The position numbers and the translations under genes were made by a program. Positions 10,254 through 18,934 of a stretch of 64,000 bases of DNA are shown piece after piece. Position 1 is the first letter of the stretch. The number at the start of each line of letters is the position of its first letter. Source of the DNA: an uncultured bacterium (GTDB taxonomy: Bacteria; Patescibacteriota; Minisyncoccia; Phycocordibacterales; UBA6065); the NCBI GenBank assembly GCA_966243015.1, contig CBIMES010000001.1:362076-426075 (forward strand), in the 5' to 3' direction. Under the pieces are notes generated by a model that worked only from the letters and a program-made list of their open reading frames with translations, ran no database searches and was not told the DNA's origin.

Positions 10254-10401
10254 AGAGAGCGAGATCCTTGAAGGTCTTAGAATATTTGACAAACGTCAGG
10301 TTGGCAGCCCTAAGAACGTCACCTTTCGTGACGCGTGAAGTATCCATCCCCCCCCTGCCTCGGAAGACGTGTTTTACCACACCCTTAAGATTCCTTTTCA
10401 T
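10225..10401 (-). CDS. putative Phd/YefM-like antitoxin (58 aa), overlapping the Doc start
   Basis: Unlisted small ORF MKRNLKGVVKHVFRGRGGMDTSRVTKGDVLRAANLTFVKYSKTFKDLALYDRREKTAR. It is preceded by TTGATT-19-TATACT, with the ATG 6 nt after the -10 (leaderless). The Phd-like assignment is weak. Confidence 0.4.
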   Translation of the reverse strand: MKRNLKGVVKHVFRGRGGMDTSRVTKGDVLRAANLTFVKYSKTFKDLALYDRREKTAR

Positions 10402-10407
10402 GTCTAC

Positions 10408-10438
10408 AGTATACTACTTTTTCTGAGAACGAAATCAA
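10408..10438 (-). promoter_or_regulatory. sigma70-like promoter for the TA pair (TTGATT / TATACT)
   Basis: -10 TATACT ends 6 nt before the ATG at 10401. Confidence 0.35.
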
Positions 10439-10562
10439 CCCAAATACTTCGGCCCACACTTGCGCAGACAACCTTTTCTACAACTTGGCGAGTGGCATCG
10501 TATGGATACAGTACAATAAAATATACCGACTTAGCCCAAATTTTTCTTTCTTCTGCTTTTAC

Positions 10563-11372
10563 TTAGTTTACCTCTATGTACGCCTCCTCCATCTTGGTTT
10601 CTCCAATTATATCAATGGCATCTGCTAAGTAGGCCCTATTGTCCCTGTCAGTGACATAGTCCAGTTTTTTGAACACTACGGAGTAGTTTCCAGACTCCTT
10701 CGGAGTAAGCCACACCGTAACCTCTATGTCCAAAGTCGAATTCGGCGCAACGAAACAATAGTTCTCTCCAGCGACCTTCTTTACAGAAGTACACTCAACC
10801 CTTGAAGATCGTTTCCCTGTGAAATTATTCGTCGTATCGTAAGATATTCCATAGACCAAGGTCGATTGATCGTTGGTCGTCATCGGAACATTCATGCCAT
10901 TGTCTCCTGCGTAAACCCTGATGGTAGCGACATACGCAGCATAACCGTCGTACCTGAAGGAATTCTTCTTCCAGGATATTATTTCTGCCCCAGGCCTCTT
11001 TACAACTGAGGGGGATATTACCGTCACCGGATCCTTCTTTGTCTCCTCTGCGCCTTTGACAGACTTGGCGGCCAAAAGCTGTGACCTGAGAGACGCCACG
11101 GTTCCTCTGAGACTGTCGTTTTCCGATTGAAGCTTTGTCACCTCAGCTCTGAGGCTTAAGATCACCTCCGTCGATGATGCCATAACCTCCTCGACCATGG
11201 TCTTTATTAAAGATGCTTGATCATGGACGGCAGACGTCTCTACCACCTGCTGCAATACAACAGGTTCATCCTTCGACCAAGTCATGGGGTTCCACCATTT
11301 TGCCATCACTGCAGACGGAATCAGTGCGGTTATAATTACTGCAAGGAGACTTATTTTAAATATTTTATTCAT
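10563..11372 (-). CDS. secreted or membrane-anchored coiled-coil protein with a C-terminal beta-rich domain, unknown function
   Basis: N-terminal signal/anchor MNKIFKISLLAVIITALIPSAVMA followed by a heptad-rich region; AT-rich composition. Confidence 0.55.
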   Translation of the reverse strand: MNKIFKISLLAVIITALIPSAVMAKWWNPMTWSKDEPVVLQQVVETSAVHDQASLIKTMVEEVMASSTEVILSLRAEVTKLQSENDSLRGTVASLRSQLLAAKSVKGAEETKKDPVTVISPSVVKRPGAEIISWKKNSFRYDGYAAYVATIRVYAGDNGMNVPMTTNDQSTLVYGISYDTTNNFTGKRSSRVECTSVKKVAGENYCFVAPNSTLDIEVTVWLTPKESGNYSVVFKKLDYVTDRDNRAYLADAIDIIGETKMEEAYIEVN

Positions 11373-11453
11373 TTTGCCCGTGTTATTTTACCTTGAACCC
11401 ACACACTCCTAAACTAACTCCCACGAAAAAATCTGCAACCTATTACACACATT

Positions 11454-12686
11454 TCAACTCCCTTTTGATTCCTTGTTGTACCTTACGAGAAACGAATCCC
11501 TTAGTTGCGCAAACGTCCCATCGACAATCGACTTCCTGATGTCCTTCACCAGGTTAGTTATGAAATAGAGATTGTGGATCGAGCAGAGCATCGGGCCGAT
11601 CATCTCGCGAGACTTGTGGAGATGGTTGAGGTACGCGCGCGAGTAGCCCTGCGAGCAGGCCTGACAGCCGCAGCCCTCCTCGATGGGGCGAAGGTCGTCC
11701 TGGAAGCGGGCGTTGCCGATATGCACCTTGCCGTCCTTGGTGTACACAGTGCCGTGTCGACCGAGGCGCGTCGGCGCCACGCAGTCGAAGGTATCGCAGC
11801 CGTTCTCGACGCCCATGAAGAGGTCCTCGGGCTCGCCGATACCGAGCAAATGTCGCGGCTTGTCCTCGGGAAGGATCTCGTTGACCCACTTCACGGCCGT
11901 GGACATGTCTTCTTTTGCGAACGAACCGCCGATGCCAAAGCCGTCGAAGTCGAGTCCGGCGAGAAAGGCCGCGCTCTCCTTGCGCAGATCCTCGTGCCTG
12001 CCTCCCTGCACTACGCCAAAGAGCGCCTGGACCTCGCTGATCGGCTTTGACTTGTGATAGTCGAGCGAGCGCTTCGCCCAGCGATGCGTGCGATCGAGGG
12101 CCTCGCGCTGGTACGAGCGTGGCTCGGCCGGCGAGGTGCACTCGTCAAAGGCGAAGATGATATCCGCCGCAATCGTATGCTGAATCTCGATCGAGCGCTC
12201 GGGGGTGATGTAGTGAATCGAGCCGTCGAGAGGCGACTTGAAGGCCGCGCCGTCGTAGTCGATCTGAACGAGCTTTGCCTGTCGGTCTTCCATTTCCTCT
12301 TCCTTCTGGCGAAGGAGCGGCACCGCAGGGGCGTCCTTGATGATTTTCGAAACGTTAGAGCCGTATCCCGCGCCGAGTGAGAACACCTGAAACCCGCCCG
12401 AGTCCGTGAAGGTCGGACCGCTCCACTTCATGATCTGGTGCAAGCCACCCATCTTGCGGACGAGCTCCTCGCCCGGCTGCATGTAGAGATGGTACGTATT
12501 GGCGAGCACGGCAGGAGCACCGAGCTCGCGCAGCATGTCGACGGTGATGCCTCGCACGGCCGCCTTGGTGCCCACCGTGATGAAGGCGGGCGTCTCTATG
12601 TCGCCGTGAGGCGTGGTAATGACGCCGGCGCGTCCGAGCGCGCCGTCGAGTTTCTTCTCAATCTTGAACTGGAGGGGTTTCTTCAT
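11454..12686 (-). CDS. tgt: queuine tRNA-ribosyltransferase (tRNA-guanine transglycosylase)
   Basis: TPHGDIETPAFITVGT and the CGCQACSQGYSRAYLNHL zinc-site motifs. Confidence 0.9.
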   Translation of the reverse strand: MKKPLQFKIEKKLDGALGRAGVITTPHGDIETPAFITVGTKAAVRGITVDMLRELGAPAVLANTYHLYMQPGEELVRKMGGLHQIMKWSGPTFTDSGGFQVFSLGAGYGSNVSKIIKDAPAVPLLRQKEEEMEDRQAKLVQIDYDGAAFKSPLDGSIHYITPERSIEIQHTIAADIIFAFDECTSPAEPRSYQREALDRTHRWAKRSLDYHKSKPISEVQALFGVVQGGRHEDLRKESAAFLAGLDFDGFGIGGSFAKEDMSTAVKWVNEILPEDKPRHLLGIGEPEDLFMGVENGCDTFDCVAPTRLGRHGTVYTKDGKVHIGNARFQDDLRPIEEGCGCQACSQGYSRAYLNHLHKSREMIGPMLCSIHNLYFITNLVKDIRKSIVDGTFAQLRDSFLVRYNKESKGS

Positions 12687-12713
12687 GTGTGTCGCGACGT
12701 ATCCGCGGCGTGC

Positions 12714-13433
12714 TTACATTCTCCTGACGGGGGCCTCCTTGATGATCCTCACGATCTCGTCGTCGTTGTCGATAATCTGATAGATCTTCTCGTCGCCCGG
12801 AGTGATGGTCTTGAACTCGTCCCTCATCGGAACGACCAGCTTCTCGACATTACCCCAGAACTCCCTCCCGACGCAAATGATCGGCGCCTGGGGGATCTTG
12901 CGGGTCTGCATGAGGGTAACAATCTCGAAGAACTCGTCGAGGGTCCCGAAGCCTCCCGGGAAGAACACGTACACCTCGGCCGAGAACGAGAGCGCGACCT
13001 TCCTGATGAAGAAATAGTAGAAGCGAACATTTGCCGTGACGTACTCGTTGAGCCTCTGCTCGTGCGGCAGGATGATGTTCATGCCGATGGACTTGCCGCC
13101 CGCCTCGTACGCGCCGCGGTTGGCGGCCTCCATGATGCCCGAGCCCCCGCCCGTCACCACGGCATAGCCAGTCTCCTTCACGATCTTGGCCGCGAGCCTG
13201 CGCGCGTGAGCGTAGCTCGGGTGATCCTCGCCAAAGCGAGCGGACCCGAAGAAAGAGACCGAGTGAGGGTAGCTCTGAAGGAATTTAAAGGTGTGCTTGA
13301 ACTCGCTCGTGATGGTCGCCATGCGCTTGCGGGCGTTCTCCTTGAGCTCGGCGCGCGACAGCTCGCGGCTCGGATGCAGTTTCGCCGCCCCTCCTCCCCC
13401 CTCAACCTTCCTGTTCCAGATCTTTCTGAGCAT
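12714..13433 (-). CDS. LOG family protein (TIGR00730, cytokinin riboside 5'-monophosphate phosphoribohydrolase-like)
   Basis: GGGSGIMEAANRGA and PGGFGTLDEFFE motifs. Start set at the ATG at 13433 (MLRKIW); the ORF-track start at 13481 is a TTG. Confidence 0.8.
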   Translation of the reverse strand: MLRKIWNRKVEGGGGAAKLHPSRELSRAELKENARKRMATITSEFKHTFKFLQSYPHSVSFFGSARFGEDHPSYAHARRLAAKIVKETGYAVVTGGGSGIMEAANRGAYEAGGKSIGMNIILPHEQRLNEYVTANVRFYYFFIRKVALSFSAEVYVFFPGGFGTLDEFFEIVTLMQTRKIPQAPIICVGREFWGNVEKLVVPMRDEFKTITPGDEKIYQIIDNDDEIVRIIKEAPVRRM

Positions 13434-13508
13434 GGTGTGATGATGCGTGATATAGATTGTATGGCTGTAATTATAGTACAATGGGCCAGTATTAGCTAAA
13501 TCACCACC

Positions 13509-14039
13509 ATGAAATCACTGAGCACACGAGAATGGGTAGCGACAGGCCTCGGCGTCGTCGCTGCCGCGATCCTCTTCTTTGGAGGAAGCATCTGGGAGGC
13601 CTTCAAGGGCATCCCGGGATCAACCCCTATCGACAACGCCGCGGCGGTCGGTGCGGAGTCTTCGGCGAAACTATCAGCTTCATCAACACCAATCATGCAG
13701 AACATTTCAAAGACCCAGGGACTCGAGATCTACGACATCAAGGCAGGCACCGGCAAGGAGGCGAAGGCCGGCCAGAACATCGCGGCCCACTACGTCGGCA
13801 CCCTCGTGGACGGCACCAAGTTCGACAGCTCGGTTGACCGCGGTGAGCCGTTCGTGTTCACCCTCGGCGTCGGCCAGGTCATCCAGGGCTGGGACCTCGG
13901 CATCCAGGGCATGAAGGAGGGCGGCGTACGCAAGCTCGTCATCGCCCCAGAGCTCGGCTACGGATCACGCGGCGCGGGCAACCTCATCCCGCCAAACTCG
14001 ACCCTCGTCTTCGAGGTTCAGCTCGTAGCGGTAGAGTAG
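13509..14039 (+). CDS. FKBP-type peptidyl-prolyl cis-trans isomerase with an N-terminal membrane anchor
   Basis: GQVIQGWDLGIQGMKEGGVRKLVIAPELGYG...LVFEVQLV FKBP signature. Confidence 0.85.
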   Translation: MKSLSTREWVATGLGVVAAAILFFGGSIWEAFKGIPGSTPIDNAAAVGAESSAKLSASSTPIMQNISKTQGLEIYDIKAGTGKEAKAGQNIAAHYVGTLVDGTKFDSSVDRGEPFVFTLGVGQVIQGWDLGIQGMKEGGVRKLVIAPELGYGSRGAGNLIPPNSTLVFEVQLVAVE

Positions 14040-14051
14040 ACCCCACGATTA

Positions 14052-14077
14052 AAGCCGCCGAAAAGGCGGCTTTTCGT
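14052..14077 (+). terminator. intrinsic terminator (gccgccgaaaaggcggc + TTTT)
   Basis: hairpin followed by a T-tract. Confidence 0.6.
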
Positions 14078-14138
14078 TGGCCAAAACCATTGACGCTTGA
14101 TCACATGTGACGTAATATCACGCCAGACACCTTGTCAC

Positions 14139-14993
14139 ATGAACTCAAAACACACCTCATCGCAGATGGCCTTCGCCATCTTTGTCGGCATGTTCTCGGG
14201 ATCGCTCATCGCCCTTCGGGTGGAGCGATCCTTTCTCTGGCTCGCGATTGGAATGGTTTCCGGCGGACTCGTTGGATACGTCTCCCTCAATCCCCGGCAG
14301 ATGCTTCGCGGCATCGGCACTGGAATCAGGGACGCAGCCCGTTCGTTCGGCGGAGGGACCCGAACCTTCCTGTCGGAACAGACCCGAATCGGGAGCAGAG
14401 GGTTCAAGAAAATTGTTTTTGGACACTCGGCCGCAATCGTAGGCCTCATTCTTGGAATCCTTACCTGGTATGCGACGCCCTGGTTCGAAACCTTAACCTC
14501 GTGGAGGGTACACGTATACCAGCCGGAATACGCCCACCATCCCCTCGTCGAGTTTCTGATGCTCCTCTCTCTATTCGGACCCTTGTCTTTGGCGTCAATA
14601 CACGCCACGGAATACATAATCAGAAAATTCAGCAAGGGGAGCGTCCCGAAGGGTTCAGGCCTAACGGACGAGGACATGAGCATTCCAACAGTGCTCTTCA
14701 TGCTCGTCGTAGCCTATGCGTTCTCCTGCCCACTCGGCATCGTGCCCGTGGTGATAGCCATATGCATTATCGTGCCAACCTTTACCTGGAAGGCCGTCAG
14801 AACGGCCTTCCTCCTCGTGCACTGCGAGGAGAGAAATCAGGCAGGAGCGTATTCAGCAATCGGCACGGCGACCATGTGGTGGATACAGGCATCTGTCCCG
14901 CTCATCATCGTTGGCTGTGCGGCCGGCGCACTCGTCGGAGCCCTCGGGCACCGATACGTGTCCGCGAGATTCATCAGGACGAGCACGGCATAA
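14139..14993 (+). CDS. integral membrane protein, unknown function
   Basis: Multiple TM helices. The start is either 14097 or the ATG at 14139 (MNSKHTSSQMAFAIFVG). Confidence 0.5.
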   Translation: MNSKHTSSQMAFAIFVGMFSGSLIALRVERSFLWLAIGMVSGGLVGYVSLNPRQMLRGIGTGIRDAARSFGGGTRTFLSEQTRIGSRGFKKIVFGHSAAIVGLILGILTWYATPWFETLTSWRVHVYQPEYAHHPLVEFLMLLSLFGPLSLASIHATEYIIRKFSKGSVPKGSGLTDEDMSIPTVLFMLVVAYAFSCPLGIVPVVIAICIIVPTFTWKAVRTAFLLVHCEERNQAGAYSAIGTATMWWIQASVPLIIVGCAAGALVGALGHRYVSARFIRTSTA

Positions 14994-15012
14994 AGCCCGC
15001 ACCTTCGACTCA

Positions 15013-15092
15013 AGGCGCGCCACGTATGTAGCGCGCCTTTTTACTTCTCAACAAAGCCACGATAAAAGGCTCAGTCGGCTGAGCCTTTTATT
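15013..15092 (+). terminator. two tandem intrinsic terminators (ggcgcgc..gcgcgcc+T5 and aaaggctcag..ctgagccttttat)
   Basis: two GC hairpins, each followed by a T-run. Confidence 0.55.
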
Positions 15093-15142
15093 TCTGGCAT
15101 TTTGGTCGATCGCGAGGTAGTATCTCAGCAGAACTCCTCACC

Positions 15143-15634
15143 ATGAAATCAAACATCGAAACGTTCCGCTCTTTCAGATTCTGGACCATTCTGGTCCCCC
15201 TCGTCGCGACCGCGACTGCCTTGATCGCATCATCAACACTCTGGGTCAGCCCAGGTATGGGCACAACCAATACTCCGCCCCTAAGCCTCCTTGGATACTC
15301 AATATTCTGTGCCTTCATAACAGCATGCTTTGCGCTGCTGCACTTCTATGGAAACGCTTGGGTGGACTCATACGAAAATCCCTGGGTGGGAAGCTCATAT
15401 TCAGAGAGAATTCTCGACAAGTATTTCTCCCTGACAGAAAGCCTGGACTGGCGTCTGAGAAATTCGGTAAGTGCCGTTGCCACCGTCATACTCTGGACAT
15501 CGCCCATCGGACTACTCATAAACGTGACCGGCGTCGGAGTGGCGATAATTCGGGCCATAACACTGATTTTGGTTAAGGCCTGTGAATTCCTCTGGTCGTG
15601 CCGGCCCGGCGTCATCGATACTAAGGCGACGTAA
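15143..15634 (+). CDS. integral membrane protein, unknown function
   Basis: 163 aa with 4 hydrophobic helices. Confidence 0.5.
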   Translation: MKSNIETFRSFRFWTILVPLVATATALIASSTLWVSPGMGTTNTPPLSLLGYSIFCAFITACFALLHFYGNAWVDSYENPWVGSSYSERILDKYFSLTESLDWRLRNSVSAVATVILWTSPIGLLINVTGVGVAIIRAITLILVKACEFLWSCRPGVIDTKAT

Positions 15635-15648
15635 GTCATAATTCTGTT

Positions 15649-15680
15649 CAAGGCACCTTCGGGTGCCTTTTCTTTTTCCC
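15649..15680 (+). terminator. intrinsic terminator (aggcaccttcgggtgcct + TTTCTTTTT)
   Basis: hairpin followed by a T-tract. Confidence 0.6.
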
Positions 15681-15717
15681 ACGAACTCAAGAACCACTAG
15701 CTTGAACAACTCCGCAG

Positions 15718-15907
15718 GACGGTCAGCACGGTCGGCATTCCGATGCCGTGACCGTCCGAGAACGACGAAGCCCCTCCTGTGAGGGGCTTTCGTCTTACCA
15801 ATCAGATTATCTGGCCCGAGAGAGGGCCTTGCGCAGGCCGACGGGCCGAGCAGAGCGATTCGTCAGCAGATGAATACGCGTGCCCGGTGTGAGGGCCAGA
15901 TAATCTG
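15718..15907 (-). other. structured 3' region of rpoD with three consecutive stem-loops, including a 15-bp inverted repeat enclosing 75 nt
   Basis: The inverted repeat cagattatctggccc (15803-15817) pairs with gggccagataatctg (15893-15907), which abuts the rpoD stop. It is followed on the minus strand by gcccctc-acag-gaggggc+UUCGUCGUU (terminator-like) and by a gacggtca...tgaccgtc hairpin. Confidence 0.4.
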
Positions 15908-17116
15908 CTAATAGTTCTTGAGCTGATTCACTTTCTCGTGCTGTCTGATCTTCTCGTGCGCCTTCGCCTCGATCTGGCGGATTCGCTCGCGGGTGACGCC
16001 GAACTCCTTGCCCACCTCCTCGAGGGTGTGGGTGATGCCGTCGTTGAGTCCGTGTCGCATCTCGAGGATCTTTCGCTCCTTCGGGGAGAGGTCGTCGAGA
16101 ATCGCCCTGACCTGGTCAGAGAGGATTCGTCGCGAGGACTCCTGGTCCGGCGAGAGGATCTTGTCGTCGGAGAGGAAATCTCCAAGGGTCGACTTGTCCT
16201 CACCCTCGTCGCCGACCGGGGACTCGAGGGAGACAGTGTCCTGATCGATCTTCTCGATCTGGTACACCTTCTCTACCTCAAGGCCCATCTCGGTAGCGAT
16301 CTCGTCCGGAAGCGGGTCTCGGCCGAGGTCCTGAGAGAGCCGTCGGACAACCTGCTTGTACTTGGCGATGGTCTCGACCATGTGCACAGGGACGCGGATA
16401 GTTCGGGACTGGTCCGCGAGGGCTCGGGTGATTGCCTGTCGGATCCACCACGTCGCGTATGTAGAAAACTTGTAGCCCTTGGTCCAGTCGAACTTATCGA
16501 CGGCCTTGAAGAGGCCGAGGTTTCCCTCCTGGATAAGGTCGAGGAGTGTGAGGTCCGCCGATCGTCCAACGTACTTCTTTGCGATGGACACCACGAGTCG
16601 GAGGTTTGCCTTGGCGAGAAGGTTCTTTGCCTCCTCGTCGCCCGCCTCGATGCGTCGCGCGAGCTCTTTCTCCATCGATGCCGACACGAGAGGGTACTGG
16701 CCAATCTCCTTGAGGTACATCTGGATGGAGTCGTACGAAGACTCGCTCGAGCGGCCGAAGCTGTACTTCTTGCCCGTGACCTCCTTCTCGGGCTCAAGAT
16801 CGAGCATGCCACCGGACTCGAGCACGTCAACGCCCGCCGTGGCGAGGCGCTGGTAAAGCTCATCGAGGAAGATGATGTCCTCCTCCACGGTCGGGAACTC
16901 GCGGAGAATTTCGTCGTAGGTGATGAAGCCGCGCTCCTTGCCCTTGGCAAGCAGGCGGTCTGCCTTCTTGGCGACCTCCCTCGCCTTGTCCTTTGCCTTC
17001 TGCGAGACCGCAGGCTTGCCCGCCTTGACCTTCTTGGCAGAAGCCTTCTTTGGGGCGGCCTTTGGGGTCGCCTTCTTCACGGCCTTCTTTGTAGTTTTTG
17101 GATTCTTTTTCGGCAT
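15908..17116 (-). CDS. rpoD: RNA polymerase sigma factor RpoD (sigma-70) with a Lys/Ala-rich N-terminal tail
   Basis: Regions 2-4 conserved: [33 protein letters not shown]. Confidence 0.95.
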   Translation of the reverse strand: MPKKNPKTTKKAVKKATPKAAPKKASAKKVKAGKPAVSQKAKDKAREVAKKADRLLAKGKERGFITYDEILREFPTVEEDIIFLDELYQRLATAGVDVLESGGMLDLEPEKEVTGKKYSFGRSSESSYDSIQMYLKEIGQYPLVSASMEKELARRIEAGDEEAKNLLAKANLRLVVSIAKKYVGRSADLTLLDLIQEGNLGLFKAVDKFDWTKGYKFSTYATWWIRQAITRALADQSRTIRVPVHMVETIAKYKQVVRRLSQDLGRDPLPDEIATEMGLEVEKVYQIEKIDQDTVSLESPVGDEGEDKSTLGDFLSDDKILSPDQESSRRILSDQVRAILDDLSPKERKILEMRHGLNDGITHTLEEVGKEFGVTRERIRQIEAKAHEKIRQHEKVNQLKNY

Positions 17117-17124
17117 AAGCTCTA

Positions 17125-18870
17125 TTATAGCGCAGTTGTTAATCGTTTGACCTCGTGCATTCTCTTCGAAATCTCCCGTATCTCCCTCATGATCTCCTCC
17201 GCCTTCCCCACTCCGCCTTTCTCCGCCCTCTGAAGTTCCGCCATCTTCTCTGCCAGACGCCGTCTCAGGATTTCCTCCTCGAGGTGGAAGAGCAGTACTG
17301 AGTACTCCCTCTCCATCTTGCCCTCGTCACCGTACGTGACCTCGGCCTCGAGCGTGAGCGCGGCCACGTCCTCCGCCGGAAGCCTCTCTATCATCTCCGC
17401 CCTCTCGGGACCGATGACCTTGGCGAGAGCCTCTCTCTTTGCCTGATCGCCCTTGAAATACTTCTGCGAGTAGAGGATGCCGACGATCTTTCGCTCGATG
17501 AGCTCGAGCTTGTTGGCCTTCGCCTTCGCCTCGGCCACGGGGGTCGATGCCTCCCTGCCCGCAGGGTTCCTTCGCACGTACTCCTGAAGGTCCTTCCAGA
17601 GCGCGTCCTCGTTCAGGGCGAGCCTGTCGGCAACCAGCTTGATCGCCTGGAACTTCTGGGTATCGCCGGGGATCCTGCGCACGAACGGGAAGATGTCCTG
17701 GGTGACGAGCTTGATGACCTCGTTCGGGGCGCCCTTCTTGTCCACGAGCGCGTCGACGAGGAACTCGACGAAGTGCTTCTTGGTCTCCATCATCTTGGTC
17801 CACGCCTTCGGGTCCTCCTTGATGATGTCCGCCGGGTCCTTGCCTCCCTTGATGTCGATGATTTTGACGTTCATGCCGAGCGAGACCGCCGACATGAGCG
17901 AGAGGGCCGGCACGATGCGCTTGGCCGCCTTCTGCCCTGCCGAATCCGAGTCGAAGGCCACAACGATGTTGTCCGAGAGCTTGGTCAGGAGGCCGAGCGC
18001 CGAGTCGGGACCCGCATCCTCGGTGAAGGCCGTGCCCGACGCCGCCACGGCATTGGTGTGTCCCGCCTGATGCAGCATGACGAGGTCCATCTGCCCCTCC
18101 ACCAGGATCGCGTAGTCGCGCTTCCTGATGTCGAGCTTTGCCTTGTCGAGGCCGTAGAGGACCTTGGACTTGCTGAAGAGCACGGTCTCGGGGCTGTTGA
18201 GGTACTTCGGCGGATTTGCCGCCTCGTCGAGAGTGCGACCGGTAAAGGCGACCACCCTGCCCGACGAGTCGCTGATCGGGAACATGATGCGGCCGCGGAA
18301 GGCGTCGTAGTACGGATCAGCGCCCGGCTTGTCGGTCTTCTTGATGAGGCCGACCGCCTCGACGTCCGCGTCCTTGTATCCTTTTCCTTTGAGGAATCCA
18401 CGAAGCGACCTCCACTCCGCCGGCGCGAAGCCGATACGGAAGTGTGAGATAGTCTTGTCGGTGATGCCTCGGCCGAGCACGTACTTGTACGCGGCCTCGT
18501 TCTTCTTGAGGTTGCCCTCGAAGAAGTCCGTAGCCACGTCGAGGATTTCGTAGAGAAGCTCCTTGCGGTTATCCTTTGACGAGTCCTTCTTGGTCAGGGT
18601 GATGCCCGCCCGGTCCGCGAGGACCTTGAGCGCGCCCATGAAGTCGACGCCCTCGAACTTCTCGACAAAGCTGAAGATGTCTCCCTTGGCGCCGCAGCCA
18701 AAGCAGTAGAACGAGCCGCGATCGGGAGACACGTAGAAGGACGGCGTCTTCTCGTTGTGGAAAGGACACCGTGCCTTGTAGTTTGCCCCCGACTTGTCGA
18801 GCTTGATGTACGAGCCGACAACGTCGACGATGCTCAGCCTATCCTTGATGTCTTGTACGTGTGTGGACAT
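17125..18870 (-). CDS. dnaG: DNA primase
   Basis: [30 protein letters not shown] zinc-finger followed by a TOPRIM domain. AGGAGG SD upstream; the stop lies 8 nt before the rpoD start, so the two form a dnaG-rpoD operon. Confidence 0.9.
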   Translation of the reverse strand: MSTHVQDIKDRLSIVDVVGSYIKLDKSGANYKARCPFHNEKTPSFYVSPDRGSFYCFGCGAKGDIFSFVEKFEGVDFMGALKVLADRAGITLTKKDSSKDNRKELLYEILDVATDFFEGNLKKNEAAYKYVLGRGITDKTISHFRIGFAPAEWRSLRGFLKGKGYKDADVEAVGLIKKTDKPGADPYYDAFRGRIMFPISDSSGRVVAFTGRTLDEAANPPKYLNSPETVLFSKSKVLYGLDKAKLDIRKRDYAILVEGQMDLVMLHQAGHTNAVAASGTAFTEDAGPDSALGLLTKLSDNIVVAFDSDSAGQKAAKRIVPALSLMSAVSLGMNVKIIDIKGGKDPADIIKEDPKAWTKMMETKKHFVEFLVDALVDKKGAPNEVIKLVTQDIFPFVRRIPGDTQKFQAIKLVADRLALNEDALWKDLQEYVRRNPAGREASTPVAEAKAKANKLELIERKIVGILYSQKYFKGDQAKREALAKVIGPERAEMIERLPAEDVAALTLEAEVTYGDEGKMEREYSVLLFHLEEEILRRRLAEKMAELQRAEKGGVGKAEEIMREIREISKRMHEVKRLTTAL

Positions 18871-18934
18871 TGAGTGAGTGCTACAAACCTCCTACACGGG
18901 CAAACGGCCCCTTGTGGGACCGTTGCGCTTTACC

